A stretch of 64,000 nucleotides of DNA from an archaeon (GCA_043803745.1 JAZDJS010000015.1:17573-81572); one strand, 5' to 3'. Shown: positions 27,822 through 38,367, numbered from the stretch's first letter. The notes: generated by a model not told the origin, from the sequence alone. Numbers and translations are program-made.

Positions 27822-28365
27822 ACCGGAAGCGCGGAAGGTAATAGCGGTCGTCGGAATGCCGGGTAGCGGCAAGGGGACTTTTTGCGAGGTTGCGGCAGAG
27901 CTCGGATGGATGGTGATAACTTTCCGGGAAGTCGCAGTCGAAGCAACAAAAAAGCACGATGCAAGCAACGACGCTCTCGCAATCCACCGTGTGGCGGACC
28001 GCCTTCGGAAGGAAATAGGTCCCGATTGGATAGCGCGAGAAATTGCGGGAAGGATGAAATCTCTCAGCGGGAAAATATGTCTTGATGATATGCGCACCCC
28101 CGAGGAACTCCGTTTTCTCAAAGGCGCCTTTCCCGAACTGAAGGTAATAGGAATCTCGGCCCAAAAGGAAGACCGGTTCGACAGGCTGATAAGACGGAAC
28201 AGATGGGACGACCATGTGGACCGGGAAACATTGGAGAAGAAGGATTCCGGCGGGGGCGCGTGGGGAATTCCCTCTCTTCTGGAAAAGTCGGACTTTCTGG
28301 TCGAGAACGCCGGGGCTCTGGAAGAGTTCAGATCGGCGTCGAGGAAAATCTTGGAGGGCGTTTGA
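27814..28365 (+). CDS. P-loop nucleoside monophosphate/dephospho-CoA kinase-like protein (UPF0200-like)
   Basis: VVGMPGSGKGT, DDMRTPEE, RFDRLIRRNR.DD. Confidence 0.8.
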   Translation: MAEPEARKVIAVVGMPGSGKGTFCEVAAELGWMVITFREVAVEATKKHDASNDALAIHRVADRLRKEIGPDWIAREIAGRMKSLSGKICLDDMRTPEELRFLKGAFPELKVIGISAQKEDRFDRLIRRNRWDDHVDRETLEKKDSGGGAWGIPSLLEKSDFLVENAGALEEFRSASRKILEGV

Positions 28366-28370
28366 AAAAA

Positions 28371-28814
28371 ATGTCCGGAATCATCCTGAAAATATCCGCC
28401 GAAATCAACCCGACAGAGTCCGAGGAAAAACTCCGCACAGCGCTGTTTGGCCTGTTTGAGGACGTCCGGTTCGAGCGCGTGAGAAATAATCTGTCCGGAA
28501 CCTCGGAAAGCAGCCAAGACCTTGAAAAACTCCGCGCAAAAATATTCGAGAAACGGATTATCGACACGGTGCGTTCGAGGCTTTTCCGGAATTCAGCAGG
28601 CACCCAGACAACTATCCTTCTCCACAAGCAGGCTCTCGCCGCCGGGAGAATCGCTGTTGTTGACTTGCCCGATGAAAGTCCCCTCGGTGCAGTGGAACTT
28701 TCCGTTTCCGCTCCGTCTTCCGAAGAATTGGAGAATTTTATAAACTGGTTTTCCCCTGAGACTAGGGAGGGGGTTGTTGTTTCGATTGAAGGGAAGGAAA
28801 AGGACCGCTACTGA
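28371..28814 (+). CDS. DUF54/UPF0201 RNA-binding protein
   Basis: INPTESEEK, IIDTVR, LHKQA, SPLGAV. Confidence 0.85.
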   Translation: MSGIILKISAEINPTESEEKLRTALFGLFEDVRFERVRNNLSGTSESSQDLEKLRAKIFEKRIIDTVRSRLFRNSAGTQTTILLHKQALAAGRIAVVDLPDESPLGAVELSVSAPSSEELENFINWFSPETREGVVVSIEGKEKDRY

Positions 28815-29442
28815 AGCTCTTTTGTTCCTGAACACCCTCGATTCCGGAGGGCTTGCCGCCGGTGCAATACTCTCAGCACTCCTGATTCTTTCCGGCGTGC
28901 GCTATCTTGCGCTTCTTTTGGTTTTCTTCGTCCTCGCCGCGGTTTTTACAAAACTCGGCTCAAAGAGGAAGGGAAATCACAGGCCGCGAGGATGGCGCAA
29001 CGTTCTCGCGAACGGAATCTTTCCGACATTCGCAGCAGTTGTGGGCAGCCCGCAATTGTTTGTCGGAGCGCTTTCAGCAGTGACCGCCGACAAGCTTGCG
29101 GGAGAAATAGGGCAGCTTTCCGACAGAAAGCCTATTTTGATAACTGACTGGGAAACGCAAGTTCCCCGTGGAACGAACGGGGGGATAACCCTTCTCGGGG
29201 AAAGTTCGGCCGTTTTAGCGGGATCAGTCATCGGCGCGGTTTCATTCGTTCTTCTGGGCAGGTTCGCGCCTCCCCTGTACCTTTTTGCCGGAGTTGTTAG
29301 CGGTTTCCTCGGGGCCAATTTTGACAGTATCCTAGGGGCCGTTTTTGAAAACAGGGGACTCCTTGACAAGCACGGGGTGAATTTCCTCGCATCCGTTTTC
29401 GGCGGCATTGTTTCATTGGCAATTTTCAGGTTTTTCCTCTGA
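28774..29442 (+). CDS. DUF92 (TMEM19) membrane protein
   Basis: RGWRNVLANG, ADKLAGEIG, GTNGGITLLG, DSILGAVFE, VNFLAS. Confidence 0.9.
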   Translation: MLFRLKGRKRTATEALLFLNTLDSGGLAAGAILSALLILSGVRYLALLLVFFVLAAVFTKLGSKRKGNHRPRGWRNVLANGIFPTFAAVVGSPQLFVGALSAVTADKLAGEIGQLSDRKPILITDWETQVPRGTNGGITLLGESSAVLAGSVIGAVSFVLLGRFAPPLYLFAGVVSGFLGANFDSILGAVFENRGLLDKHGVNFLASVFGGIVSLAIFRFFL

Positions 29443-29600
29443 AAACAAGCAATTTGTAGAAGTTAAGGGGCGGTGCAGTCTTGATCGGCGGTTCCCGTGG
29501 CGAGCCTTTTGGAAGCCCTAATTCGCCTGAAAACATTTATATAACAGCGCAGACGTTTATTTCATCAATTACACTGATTGGAGAAGGTGAAAAAACCAAA

Positions 29601-29882
29601 ATGGCAGCACTGGGGCAACAACAAAGCGAAGAAATGCAGAAACACTCGAGAACGCTTCTTGGAAAGGTTATTGTAAGCAAGGAAGGGCGCAAGTTCGGGG
29701 AGGTCGGCGACATCCGATTCGACCCAAGAACCGGCGAGCTGATAGACCTATTGATAACCAAGCCAACCGAATATTGCCGGAGCGTTGTTGCCGGAGACAA
29801 GTCCGGAATTTTCCGCGTTCCGTTCTCAGCAGTCATTTCCGTCGGGGATTTCTTGATCGTCTCCGAAGAGGACATTGTCTGA
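29601..29882 (+). CDS. PRC-barrel protein (CdpB-like)
   Basis: LLGKVIVSKEGRKFGEVGDI..TGEL..VPFSAVISVGDFLIV; TATA TTTATATA ~29537. Confidence 0.85.
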   Translation: MAALGQQQSEEMQKHSRTLLGKVIVSKEGRKFGEVGDIRFDPRTGELIDLLITKPTEYCRSVVAGDKSGIFRVPFSAVISVGDFLIVSEEDIV

Positions 29883-29891
29883 TAGGAACGG

Positions 29892-31328
29892 TCAGAGATC
29901 CGCGGCAATTTCGGGATAGCGGACGAGTCGTTCCCTGAAAACGGCGACTATTCTCTTCAACTCCACTTCGGTCCTTCCCTCGAACCTCATTGAGAAAACA
30001 GGCTCCCCATTCGAAACGCGCACAAGCCCCCAGCCATAGCCGAAATCCACCCGCGCGCCGTCTATGCCCAAGACGCGCGAACCCCATTCTTCTTTGAAAT
30101 CGGCGACAATCCGGTCCATCAATTCGAATTTCTTTTCCTCGGGCGTTCCGGTATATGCGAATCTGAACTCCTGAGTTGAATGGTACTTTGGGATGTCCGA
30201 GAGAAGTTCGGACAGTTTTTTCCCGCTCTCCGACACGATTCGGCAGATTCGTCCGGCTGCGTAAAGCGATTCGGAAAGCCAAGTCCGCCCGTCCGGAAGG
30301 ACGAAGAACATGTGCCCGCTCATTTCCCCGGCGAGAACAGCCCCCTCCTCAAACATCTTGTCCTCGATTTTCGTCCTTCCAGTTTTCCAGAGTATTGGGA
30401 CGCCTCCATGCGCCTTTATGTCATCGAGTACGGACTGGGAGCATTTTATCTCAACAACGACCTTCGCGCCGGCGTTCTTTCCAAGCAAGTCTCTTGCGTA
30501 AAGAATCAAAAAACCGTCCGCCCAGACGATTTTTCCGGCTTCGTCGACCCCCGCAATCCGGTCCCCGTCCGCGTCAAACATCAGGCCAAGATCGCATTTT
30601 TTCGCCCTCACAGCCGCAATTAGCTGGGGATAATACTCCGGTTTCACAGTGTCTGGAGGGTGGTTCGGATAGTTCGGGTCGCTCTTGCAGTTTATTGGAA
30701 CAACCACATGCCCTAGCTTTTTCAGATAGGGAACTATGAATTTCCCGACGACCCCGTTTCCGCAGTCGACGGCAACTTTCAGCTTCTTTTTGGGCCTCAG
30801 TCCGGCTGCAAGCGCAGCGAGGTAGCTTCTGAAAATGTTCTTCTTGACAACCTTTCCCCTGCGCACTCCCCTTTCGAAATTTCCCGCCAACGCGAAATCC
30901 CTTACCGTTTCTATCGTTTCCCCCCCGCGGTCGCGCCCATCCATCACGAATTTTACCCCGTTGTATTTCGCCGGGTTGTGGCTTGCCGAAACAACGAGCC
31001 CTGCGCGTATCTTTAGATGCGCGCATGCGAAAAGTATGCAAGGGGTTGTGATTTCCCCGACATTGACAACGTCAAGCCCGCTCCACGCAAGTCCCCTGAT
31101 TAGCGCCCCGGTCAAGCTTGGCGAACTTTCCCTATTGTCGCATCCGACAGCAATTTTTTTTGCACCCATTGAAATGACATATCTCGCGAAAGCCTTGCCA
31201 AAAAGTTCCATTCTTTCGGGATCAAGGTCCTCACCGACCAGGCCCCTAATGTCATATGCCCTGAAGATTGCCGGATTGACCTTCGAGTCTGCCATAGTAA
31301 TACACTGTAATACATTTTCTCGTTTCAT
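29892..31328 (-). CDS. Phosphomannomutase/phosphoglucomutase
   Basis: FRAYDIRG, SASHNP, FDADGDR, GEMSGH, VRVSNGEP. Confidence 0.95.
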   Translation of the reverse strand: MKRENVLQCITMADSKVNPAIFRAYDIRGLVGEDLDPERMELFGKAFARYVISMGAKKIAVGCDNRESSPSLTGALIRGLAWSGLDVVNVGEITTPCILFACAHLKIRAGLVVSASHNPAKYNGVKFVMDGRDRGGETIETVRDFALAGNFERGVRRGKVVKKNIFRSYLAALAAGLRPKKKLKVAVDCGNGVVGKFIVPYLKKLGHVVVPINCKSDPNYPNHPPDTVKPEYYPQLIAAVRAKKCDLGLMFDADGDRIAGVDEAGKIVWADGFLILYARDLLGKNAGAKVVVEIKCSQSVLDDIKAHGGVPILWKTGRTKIEDKMFEEGAVLAGEMSGHMFFVLPDGRTWLSESLYAAGRICRIVSESGKKLSELLSDIPKYHSTQEFRFAYTGTPEEKKFELMDRIVADFKEEWGSRVLGIDGARVDFGYGWGLVRVSNGEPVFSMRFEGRTEVELKRIVAVFRERLVRYPEIAADL

Positions 31329-32006
31329 TTATAAAACTGACACAAGCCCTGCCGCCTTAAGCCCTTCGGCAAGCCCTTCGGCAAGCCCTTCGGCAAGCCC
31401 TTCGGCAAGCCCGTTGAAGACGAATTGAACTGCAATCGCGGCAAGAACAAGCCCCATTACGCGGACAACAACCTTCACCGCAATTGGCCCCGTCTTTTCA
31501 AATACGCGCGCCCCGAGCTCGATGGCAAACCAGGACAGCAGGAACGCCGCGAGAATCGCGACAAGCACAAGCGGTTTTTGTACGAGAGTCGCCGAATCGA
31601 AAAGAACAATCGCGGTGGTTATCGCGCCTGGGCCGGTAAGGAGCGGAATTGCCATCGGCGTCACGACGACATCTTCGATTTCCCTTGCAAGTTTGTGTTC
31701 TTCGTCGCTGTATTCGGTTTTCGTGTGCTTCCCGAAAAGCATCTCGAGCGAGATTATGAAAAGGAGAATCCCCCCAGCAACCTTGAATGAGTACATCGAA
31801 ACTCCTAGCGCATCGAAAAAGAACTTTCCGGCAACGGCAAGCGTCATAAGCACGCTGCACGCGATAATCAGCGCCTGCCTGACCATCTTCTTTCTTGCCC
31901 GGGCCTTCCGCAAGTGCAAGATTGAGCCAAATATGGGGATGTTCGCGACGGGGTCTATTATCAGAAAGAGGGTGATTGTGCAGTAAGCGAAGAAGCCAAA
32001 GTCCAT
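31329..32006 (-). CDS. marC: MarC family membrane protein
   Basis: IIDPVAN, FKVAGGILLF, PMAIPLLTGPGAI, RVMGLVLAAIAVQF. Confidence 0.92.
   Translation of the reverse strand: MDFGFFAYCTITLFLIIDPVANIPIFGSILHLRKARARKKMVRQALIIACSVLMTLAVAGKFFFDALGVSMYSFKVAGGILLFIISLEMLFGKHTKTEYSDEEHKLAREIEDVVVTPMAIPLLTGPGAITTAIVLFDSATLVQKPLVLVAILAAFLLSWFAIELGARVFEKTGPIAVKVVVRVMGLVLAAIAVQFVFNGLAEGLAEGLAEGLAEGLKAAGLVSVL
31359..31412. repeat. 12-bp tandem repeat (AAGCCCTTCGGC) x4.5 encoding (GLAE)n
   Basis: Perfect copies read directly. Confidence 0.95.
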
Positions 32007-32014
32007 CAGTTTCC

Positions 32015-32608
32015 TCAGTCAACCGTCTTATTTATCCCTTTTTCCCTGGACGTCAGTCTCATCCAGGAGAGCCAAACCAAGAGTATTAGGGAAATCATCC
32101 CGAATTTCCAAAGAACGGAATGAACGACCTCTGTAAATGCGGGGATTCTCACAGCAACAAAAAGAACGGTCACTAGCCGGGCGAGGTTTGCCAGATACAT
32201 TACAAGGGAACCCACAATAATTCCGAACGCCTTTTCTTTCGCGCTTCTGTTCGGCACGGCTATTACAAGGGCGATGAATGCGAAAACGTCCTTCCAGGCA
32301 ACGCAAGCCTCAATGACCTCGAGTATCACATTGGAGCTTTTCACGAGATACCCTTCAGCGACAGCGGGATTCCCAAGCAGCCTGGAAACCGCCGCAACCT
32401 GCCCTGCAACGGTCTCCTGCGCGAAGCGGAAGTCCGCCTTCAAATATATCAGCAGGTAGAGCGGGATTGCCATCGCGAAAAAAACCGCGAAAAAACCGGC
32501 GAAGGAAACCCAGTTTTCACCCAGCCTAACGAGAAACGAACGCAAGATATTCTCGCGCCCATGCCTTTTCACTTTCCTTTCCAATTTCGAGCGCCGTCCT
32601 GTCAACAA
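32015..32608 (-). CDS. Exosortase/archaeosortase family protein
   Basis: EVIEAC (Cys), ANLARL (Arg), VHSVLW (His); multiple TM segments; start uncertain. Confidence 0.8.
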   Translation of the reverse strand: MLTGRRSKLERKVKRHGRENILRSFLVRLGENWVSFAGFFAVFFAMAIPLYLLIYLKADFRFAQETVAGQVAAVSRLLGNPAVAEGYLVKSSNVILEVIEACVAWKDVFAFIALVIAVPNRSAKEKAFGIIVGSLVMYLANLARLVTVLFVAVRIPAFTEVVHSVLWKFGMISLILLVWLSWMRLTSREKGINKTVD

Positions 32609-33521
32609 GGACGAACTCCCCGTTAAATATACTTTGCCCAGACACTTTGACTATTTTGCACGGCAGATTGGTGCGTCCCGTTTCGCAAACAACGACTTTT
32701 ATCCTGTTTCGGAAAATATCGCTTTCCGACAGCATGCTGCAATCTCCGACGTAAACGCATCCGTTTGCTGGCGCGCCCTTTTCCAGTATCGTCAGTTCTC
32801 CGCCGGCAAGGGAGCGCACGATTCTTTTCGCGTTTTCAAGTTCGAAGGAAACGGCGCGCACAGTTTCTCGGTTCTCAACGGAAACCTTTTCAATCACCCG
32901 TGCCCGAAGATTTAGCTTTTTGCCCAAAGCAATTTCAAGTTCCCCGTTTTTGGCTCTCAGGCGCAGCAGGGAGTTCTCGAGGAAGCGCACCCTCTCCGAG
33001 AGGATTCGCATCTTGAGCCGGATGGGAATTTCCGGCCCTTTCCGCCCGTCCGTTTTCTCAAGCGCCGCAGCCTCCTCAAAACTCAGGTTTGGAAGCGCGC
33101 CCTTCAATATCTGGAAAACGCGGGTTTCCCACTTTTCGCCCGATTTTTTTCTCGCTCGATCAAAAAGCCCGGAATACGAGCCGAGGCAGAAAAGTGCGGC
33201 CGCAAGCGCATCCCGTTCATGCACGTCAAGCTTCCTGCCGGAGACAATTTCCCGTTTGTCGGCAACGCCGAGGGAAAGTTCAGGACACCAGGTTCTGCAG
33301 GAGAATGCGCCCGCAAGTTTTCTTGTTGCCCCCTGGACGGGAAAAACGTCCGAAGCGAAAACGGCTGGAATGCAATAGTCTCCGACAATTTTCACGCAAT
33401 CCTCAAACGATGCGCCTTTGATGCTTTTCACAAAAACGACATTGCCTTGGAAATCCACAATCCCGATTGCGCAGGTGTTCCCGGGGTCAAATCCAACAAT
33501 TCCATAGGTTTCTTTAGGCAT
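32526..33521 (-). CDS. DUF460 domain protein
   Basis: IVGFDPG.T, ASDVFP, HERDALAAA, coiled coil. Confidence 0.85.
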   Translation of the reverse strand: MPKETYGIVGFDPGNTCAIGIVDFQGNVVFVKSIKGASFEDCVKIVGDYCIPAVFASDVFPVQGATRKLAGAFSCRTWCPELSLGVADKREIVSGRKLDVHERDALAAALFCLGSYSGLFDRARKKSGEKWETRVFQILKGALPNLSFEEAAALEKTDGRKGPEIPIRLKMRILSERVRFLENSLLRLRAKNGELEIALGKKLNLRARVIEKVSVENRETVRAVSFELENAKRIVRSLAGGELTILEKGAPANGCVYVGDCSMLSESDIFRNRIKVVVCETGRTNLPCKIVKVSGQSIFNGEFVLVDRTALEIGKESEKAWAREYLAFVSR

Positions 33522-33996
33522 CTTTTTCGGACACAATCCTTCGCGCGAAAGCTCTCCTTTTACTGTCTATTTCTGAAACGCAGGATCCCCTGCCCGGAAC
33601 ACCGTAAACTAGAATTGTTCCATCGGGCGCAAGGGCGCTTATTGCAAGGGCCGCAAGATCCTCTTCCCCCTCGACAAAAACCATTGTCCTGCGCTTCAGG
33701 GCCATTTTTGCAGCCGCCCACAAAGCAAGAGTTATTTTTCCCCTAGGGTTTTCGACGGAAATCCGCGTTTTTATCGGAAGTGCCCTTATCCGTTCAAGCA
33801 GATTTTCCGAAATTTTTCTCCTTCGGGTCCTGCCATCATAGAAAACGCTGAATATGCTTCCCGAAGGAACCTTCAGGGCGCAAGAATCACCGACGACAAC
33901 AATCTTCTTGCGAGCCGGAAAAAAAGACTCTGGAAAGCGTCCTCGAAAAACCCTTCCAGCGGGTTTCCTGAGGCGTGCGACAGCCTTCCTTTTCAT
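33514..33996 (-). CDS. GTP-dependent dephospho-CoA kinase (DUF359)
   Basis: VVGD, DGRTRR, NPRGKI, VEGEEDL, VYGVPG.G. Confidence 0.88.
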   Translation of the reverse strand: MKRKAVARLRKPAGRVFRGRFPESFFPARKKIVVVGDSCALKVPSGSIFSVFYDGRTRRRKISENLLERIRALPIKTRISVENPRGKITLALWAAAKMALKRRTMVFVEGEEDLAALAISALAPDGTILVYGVPGRGSCVSEIDSKRRAFARRIVSEKDA

Positions 33997-34868
33997 GCAA
34001 TATTCCTGTTCCGTTTTGTGTCGCCCCCTCCGGCCCATTTCCTCGCAGTTTCAAGGCAGTTTCTGAACGTTTTGTCGGAAACTTTCCTGACCCGTCCTTT
34101 AGACTCCTTCATAACCTCTATTAGCGTATGGCCCGCCCGGGCACCCTTAATCAGCTGTTTGAATTGCCGCCTAAGCTCAGTGTTTCCGGAACTGAAAGGA
34201 TAATGGTCGCCTAGCCCTTTAACAGCGTGCAAATGCAGTGCCCTTATCCGCTTTCCATATGTCCGGCCCCAATCCTTCGGCGACCGGTCCTCCCTTTCCA
34301 CCGCTTTTCGCGAAAGTTTGTTCACAATCGTCGAGTGCCCAAAATCGAAGCACAAACCGATCCCGGTTGCTTCCAGAATGAAATCGTTGTTTGACGCGAG
34401 TCCGAAAATCGGGTCTGGAGTGTTCTCGAAAGTTGCCGGAATCCCGAGTTTTTTTGAAAACCTGCCAAGTTCAAAGCAGCTTTTTCTTGAAGAATTTAGG
34501 ACTGCTGAAAGCCAAACGAGGTTGTCCGCGCCGAGGGTCTCGCCGCAATCTCCGTGGAAGTTGAAATATGCCGGCTTGAATTGCTTGGTCCATTTCAGGA
34601 GATTTTTCAGGAAATTGACCGAACTAATCCGAAGCTCCTGCCAGGGACTTCCTATTTCAATCCCTTCCGGCGGGGCATGAAAAGCGAATTCGATTCCTTC
34701 TTTCCGCGCTGTAAAAAGTATCTTTTCAATATCCCTTTTTCCAAGGAGTTCAGGCCAGGGATAGTCGAGGGAAACCTCGACATAATCGAATCCGAGGCTT
34801 GCAGCCCGTTCAATCTCGTCCTCGATTGATGAAATGTTCCCGTACCATACAGGCAAACCGAACTTCAT
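33993..34868 (-). CDS. Sugar phosphate isomerase/epimerase-type TIM barrel (AP endonuclease 2 fold)
   Basis: GFDYVE, FHAP, FHG, FEN, FDFGH, LHLH, DH.P. Confidence 0.8.
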   Translation of the reverse strand: MKFGLPVWYGNISSIEDEIERAASLGFDYVEVSLDYPWPELLGKRDIEKILFTARKEGIEFAFHAPPEGIEIGSPWQELRISSVNFLKNLLKWTKQFKPAYFNFHGDCGETLGADNLVWLSAVLNSSRKSCFELGRFSKKLGIPATFENTPDPIFGLASNNDFILEATGIGLCFDFGHSTIVNKLSRKAVEREDRSPKDWGRTYGKRIRALHLHAVKGLGDHYPFSSGNTELRRQFKQLIKGARAGHTLIEVMKESKGRVRKVSDKTFRNCLETARKWAGGGDTKRNRNIA

Positions 34869-34980
34869 TTCAGGAAAGGCTCCCTAGTCAGCTATTTAGT
34901 TTTTCCCGGGGTTTTTAGGGAAAACACCTCTAGAAACGCTATTGTTAAATCCGACCTCTGTTGTACTATATTGGACAAAC

Positions 34981-35421
34981 ATGCACAGAGGCGCAAGCGA
35001 GAGAATACTTGATTTGCTTGAGCGCGATGCTTCCCTGACAAACCGCGAAATAGGGGAAAAACTTTCGCTTCCCACGACAACAGTCCACAACATAATAAGG
35101 CGTCTTGAGAAGGACGGTACAATAAGAAAATATTCGATTTTGATAGACAAGGAGAAGCTCGGATATCCGATACAGGCAGTAATTTTAATTAACACAACCT
35201 TTGCCGGAAGCAAGTTGCCTGCACACGCAGAAATAGCCGCCAAAATAAAGAAAATCGGAAAGGTTGATTGCATACATTCGATAACTGGCGAGTTTGACCT
35301 CCTTGTACGGGTCGCAGTCCGAAGCACAAGGGAACTTGGCGAATTTGTTACAAAAGTGCGCAAAATTGACGGAGTAGTTAAAACGGTAACCTCAGTGGTT
35401 CTTGAGGAACTCAGCATTTGA
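34981..35421 (+). CDS. Lrp/AsnC transcriptional regulator
   Basis: ILDLLERDASL..EIG..TTVHN.IRRLE.DG.I; ITGEFDL; KTVTSVVL. Confidence 0.92.
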   Translation: MHRGASERILDLLERDASLTNREIGEKLSLPTTTVHNIIRRLEKDGTIRKYSILIDKEKLGYPIQAVILINTTFAGSKLPAHAEIAAKIKKIGKVDCIHSITGEFDLLVRVAVRSTRELGEFVTKVRKIDGVVKTVTSVVLEELSI

Positions 35422-35616
35422 CCTACGTGCAGTGAACTTATGTAATTGTTGCGACGGAAAAAAGGTGTTCGGCGAAGCCCATTTGAGATTAAACAGATTC
35501 CTGCGCCTATTCAGCCTGTTGAAGACTGAATAAACAACCTTTCACTTCAGTTGGGCTGAAAAAAGAACGCATTCTTCTTGAAATTGGCGAAAAAGACAAC
35601 TCAATTCAAATTAGAT

Positions 35617-38367
35617 TCACTTGCTGTCGGCATTGTTCCAATAAATCCTCGTTCTTGCGAAGGTTTTCTCCGCTTTTAGTATTTCAGAAATCAGCTCCGT
35701 GTAATCTCGCAAAGCTGATTTGGCAAGAACCCTTGCAGCGGTTTCCGGGCCAATTCCATATCCTGCAAGAACCAGGAACGTTTTTTGTCCATAGCTCAGG
35801 TAAAGATTTGCCGTTCTTTTCGATTTTTCAAGAATGCTCGCGTCCGCCTTGCTCAATGGGCCTTTCGCTGAAAGTATCGGGAGGTTTTCCCGTTTAAGAA
35901 TCCCAAGTAGCTTTGAATTGCAAATAGGGCAGGCAAAATCAATGCTTTTTGCAGTAAAAATTCCCAAACCCTTCTTGCAATTAAGGCAGGCTAACTGGAA
36001 TTTTTTCCTTTCCAGCCGTTTTTTGACCATTTCCCGAACTTTTCCCGCCGGAAGACCGGAGAAAACGAGTTCGGGACTATATCTTTCGATAAACCTCATT
36101 GAAAAAGGCGTCGGCGCCCCAAGTATCTCAATTTTCAAAACGCCGGATTTTATCCGTTTGACAAGTTCCCGGGTTTTTTCAATATCCAGTTTTTCGAAGA
36201 AATGTTCGTTAATTGTCTCTTCGAAAACCGGAGTCTCCGAATAAACGTCAACAAGCCTCTGTATCGACATTTTGGAGAATACCGCATCTTTCGAAACAAC
36301 CCCGAATTTCTTTGCAATCTGAATGAAACGCTGCTTGAATTGCGGACTGTTCCTGACAATTGTTCTCAGAGTCTGCCCGATTTTGTCCTCTTTAATTGAA
36401 AGAATGGTTTCCTTGATGCTTTCCTTGGAATAAGTTCCCGGAAACTTTATGAAAATCCTATATGCATCTGTGCGAAGCCCAATCGAATCGCCATATTTTA
36501 GCGAAAAATATGCTGAAAGGAGCCTCCCAAGGGTTTCGTTGACCTTGTTTCCGAAAAAGCTCCGTATTACCACAAAGTTTTCGCCGCATTCAACCCCCAA
36601 AATAGTCTCTTGAAAGTTTCCGCACAGTTTCAGGTCATTTTCTATCTTCTTGGCGCAATTGGCGTCGATTATCTTCAAATAGTCGGTTTTCTTCGAGGGC
36701 CAACCAGATCTAAGGCAATTAACCTCAATTGCAATGGAATAATCAACAGGCATAAGCTCTCCCGACCATTCGGGCACATTATATGCAACAGAAGTCTCCT
36801 CTACGAAAACTTTGTTGCCTTCTTTTGAAATGACCTTCCAATACGCGCCCCGACAAATAAATGAAGCACCCAGTTCAAGTTCCGACGAGAATTCTTCATC
36901 GATTTGGGCTATTTTTTCCTTGCTCTCGAACTTTATGACGTCAAACTTCCGGCTGTCCTTAATCATTGACAAATTGGAGAAGAAGAAGCTGAAAGCAGGC
37001 TTTTTAATCGAGATGACCCCGTTTTCGAGGATTCTCAGGATTCTGAGGTTGATAAGAAGATTGAGGATTTCAGTGAACTCCTCCCACGGAAGATTTTTGA
37101 AAGGAACCGCTCTTTTTATTGTAGCGAACGCGTTTTCAACGCTATAGCAGCCTTCAAAGCCAATTCCGGTTAATTGATTGGCAACAACATCGAAGGAATT
37201 TTCAATAAACTCCATTGGCTCAAGGCGCTTTGAAAGGGCAAGCTTTGCAATAACCGCGGCTTCTAATGCATCATCCTCATCAATAACAACAATTTCTCCC
37301 CTTGAAATTTCCGAAAGCCGGTGCCCGGCCCGTCCAATTCGTTGAACAAGGGAATCAACACGTCGTGGAGACATATATTGGATTACCAAATCAATATGTC
37401 CGATGTCAATGCCAAGGGCGAGAGAAGATGTTGCGACAACAGCTACAAGATCCTTGTTTTTCAGCTCTTTTTCAGTTTTTAGGCGAGATTCTTTTGACAA
37501 AGAGCTGTGATGGATACCGAATTTGCTGCTAATCGCTTTCAGCTTAGAACCGAGAATTTCTGCACTATCTCTGGTATTGACAAACACCAAAACGCCCGCA
37601 TTTTCCTTTACGCGCCGCGCTATGAAGTTTATTTTTGAGTAGAACCAATCTTTTTCCTCAGGTTCTTCAGTGTCTTGGACTTCCTCTTCAGGCCAAACAA
37701 CCGATATTTCAGTCTTCTTTTGGTCTTTTGACTCTATTATCAGGACTTCAGATTCATTACTTCCTTTTAGAATCTCTGCAACCGTCTTTGGATTAGAAAT
37801 TGTTGCTGAAAGGCCGATTCTTACAAAATCTCGTCCGAGTTGATTCTTTAGGCGTTCTAGACAAATTAACAGCTGTTCTCCTCGCTTTTCCCCTATTATT
37901 TCGTGTATTTCGTCAATTATGACGAAATCAACGTTTTTTAAATGTTCTTTGATTTTTTTCCCAATAATGATTGCTTGAAGGCTCTCAGGAGTTGTTATGA
38001 GCACGTTTGGCGGATCCTTTGTTTGCAAGGTTCTTTGGTTAGTTGGGGTGTCGCCATGGCGGATGTCAATGTCGATTCCAAGATCGTTACCAATTTCAAT
38101 GATGCGTTCGAAAAGATTTCTATTCAATGCTTTCAATGGAGTTATGTAAAGGCAAGAAATTCGTCTTTCCGGGTTTCTCGACAAAATATCAAGGATTGGG
38201 AGCATAACTGCTTCTGTTTTCCCGCTTCCAGTTTCGGAAACAACTAAGACAGACCTTTTTTCAAGTATGTGCTTTATAGTATCTTTTTGCACATTTGTTG
38301 GTGTTATGAAGCCCCTTTTCGAAAGAATTTGTACTAGTTTTTTTGAAAGAAGTTCGAAAGACACCAC
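35617..38367 (-). CDS. lhr: Lhr-family SF2 helicase with a C-terminal Zn motif
   Basis: SETGSGKT, TPLKAL, TTPESL, DEIH, SAT, QRIGRAGH; CLNC..CPIC; GIGPETAARVL. Confidence 0.93.
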   Translation of the reverse strand: MVSFELLSKKLVQILSKRGFITPTNVQKDTIKHILEKRSVLVVSETGSGKTEAVMLPILDILSRNPERRISCLYITPLKALNRNLFERIIEIGNDLGIDIDIRHGDTPTNQRTLQTKDPPNVLITTPESLQAIIIGKKIKEHLKNVDFVIIDEIHEIIGEKRGEQLLICLERLKNQLGRDFVRIGLSATISNPKTVAEILKGSNESEVLIIESKDQKKTEISVVWPEEEVQDTEEPEEKDWFYSKINFIARRVKENAGVLVFVNTRDSAEILGSKLKAISSKFGIHHSSLSKESRLKTEKELKNKDLVAVVATSSLALGIDIGHIDLVIQYMSPRRVDSLVQRIGRAGHRLSEISRGEIVVIDEDDALEAAVIAKLALSKRLEPMEFIENSFDVVANQLTGIGFEGCYSVENAFATIKRAVPFKNLPWEEFTEILNLLINLRILRILENGVISIKKPAFSFFFSNLSMIKDSRKFDVIKFESKEKIAQIDEEFSSELELGASFICRGAYWKVISKEGNKVFVEETSVAYNVPEWSGELMPVDYSIAIEVNCLRSGWPSKKTDYLKIIDANCAKKIENDLKLCGNFQETILGVECGENFVVIRSFFGNKVNETLGRLLSAYFSLKYGDSIGLRTDAYRIFIKFPGTYSKESIKETILSIKEDKIGQTLRTIVRNSPQFKQRFIQIAKKFGVVSKDAVFSKMSIQRLVDVYSETPVFEETINEHFFEKLDIEKTRELVKRIKSGVLKIEILGAPTPFSMRFIERYSPELVFSGLPAGKVREMVKKRLERKKFQLACLNCKKGLGIFTAKSIDFACPICNSKLLGILKRENLPILSAKGPLSKADASILEKSKRTANLYLSYGQKTFLVLAGYGIGPETAARVLAKSALRDYTELISEILKAEKTFARTRIYWNNADSK

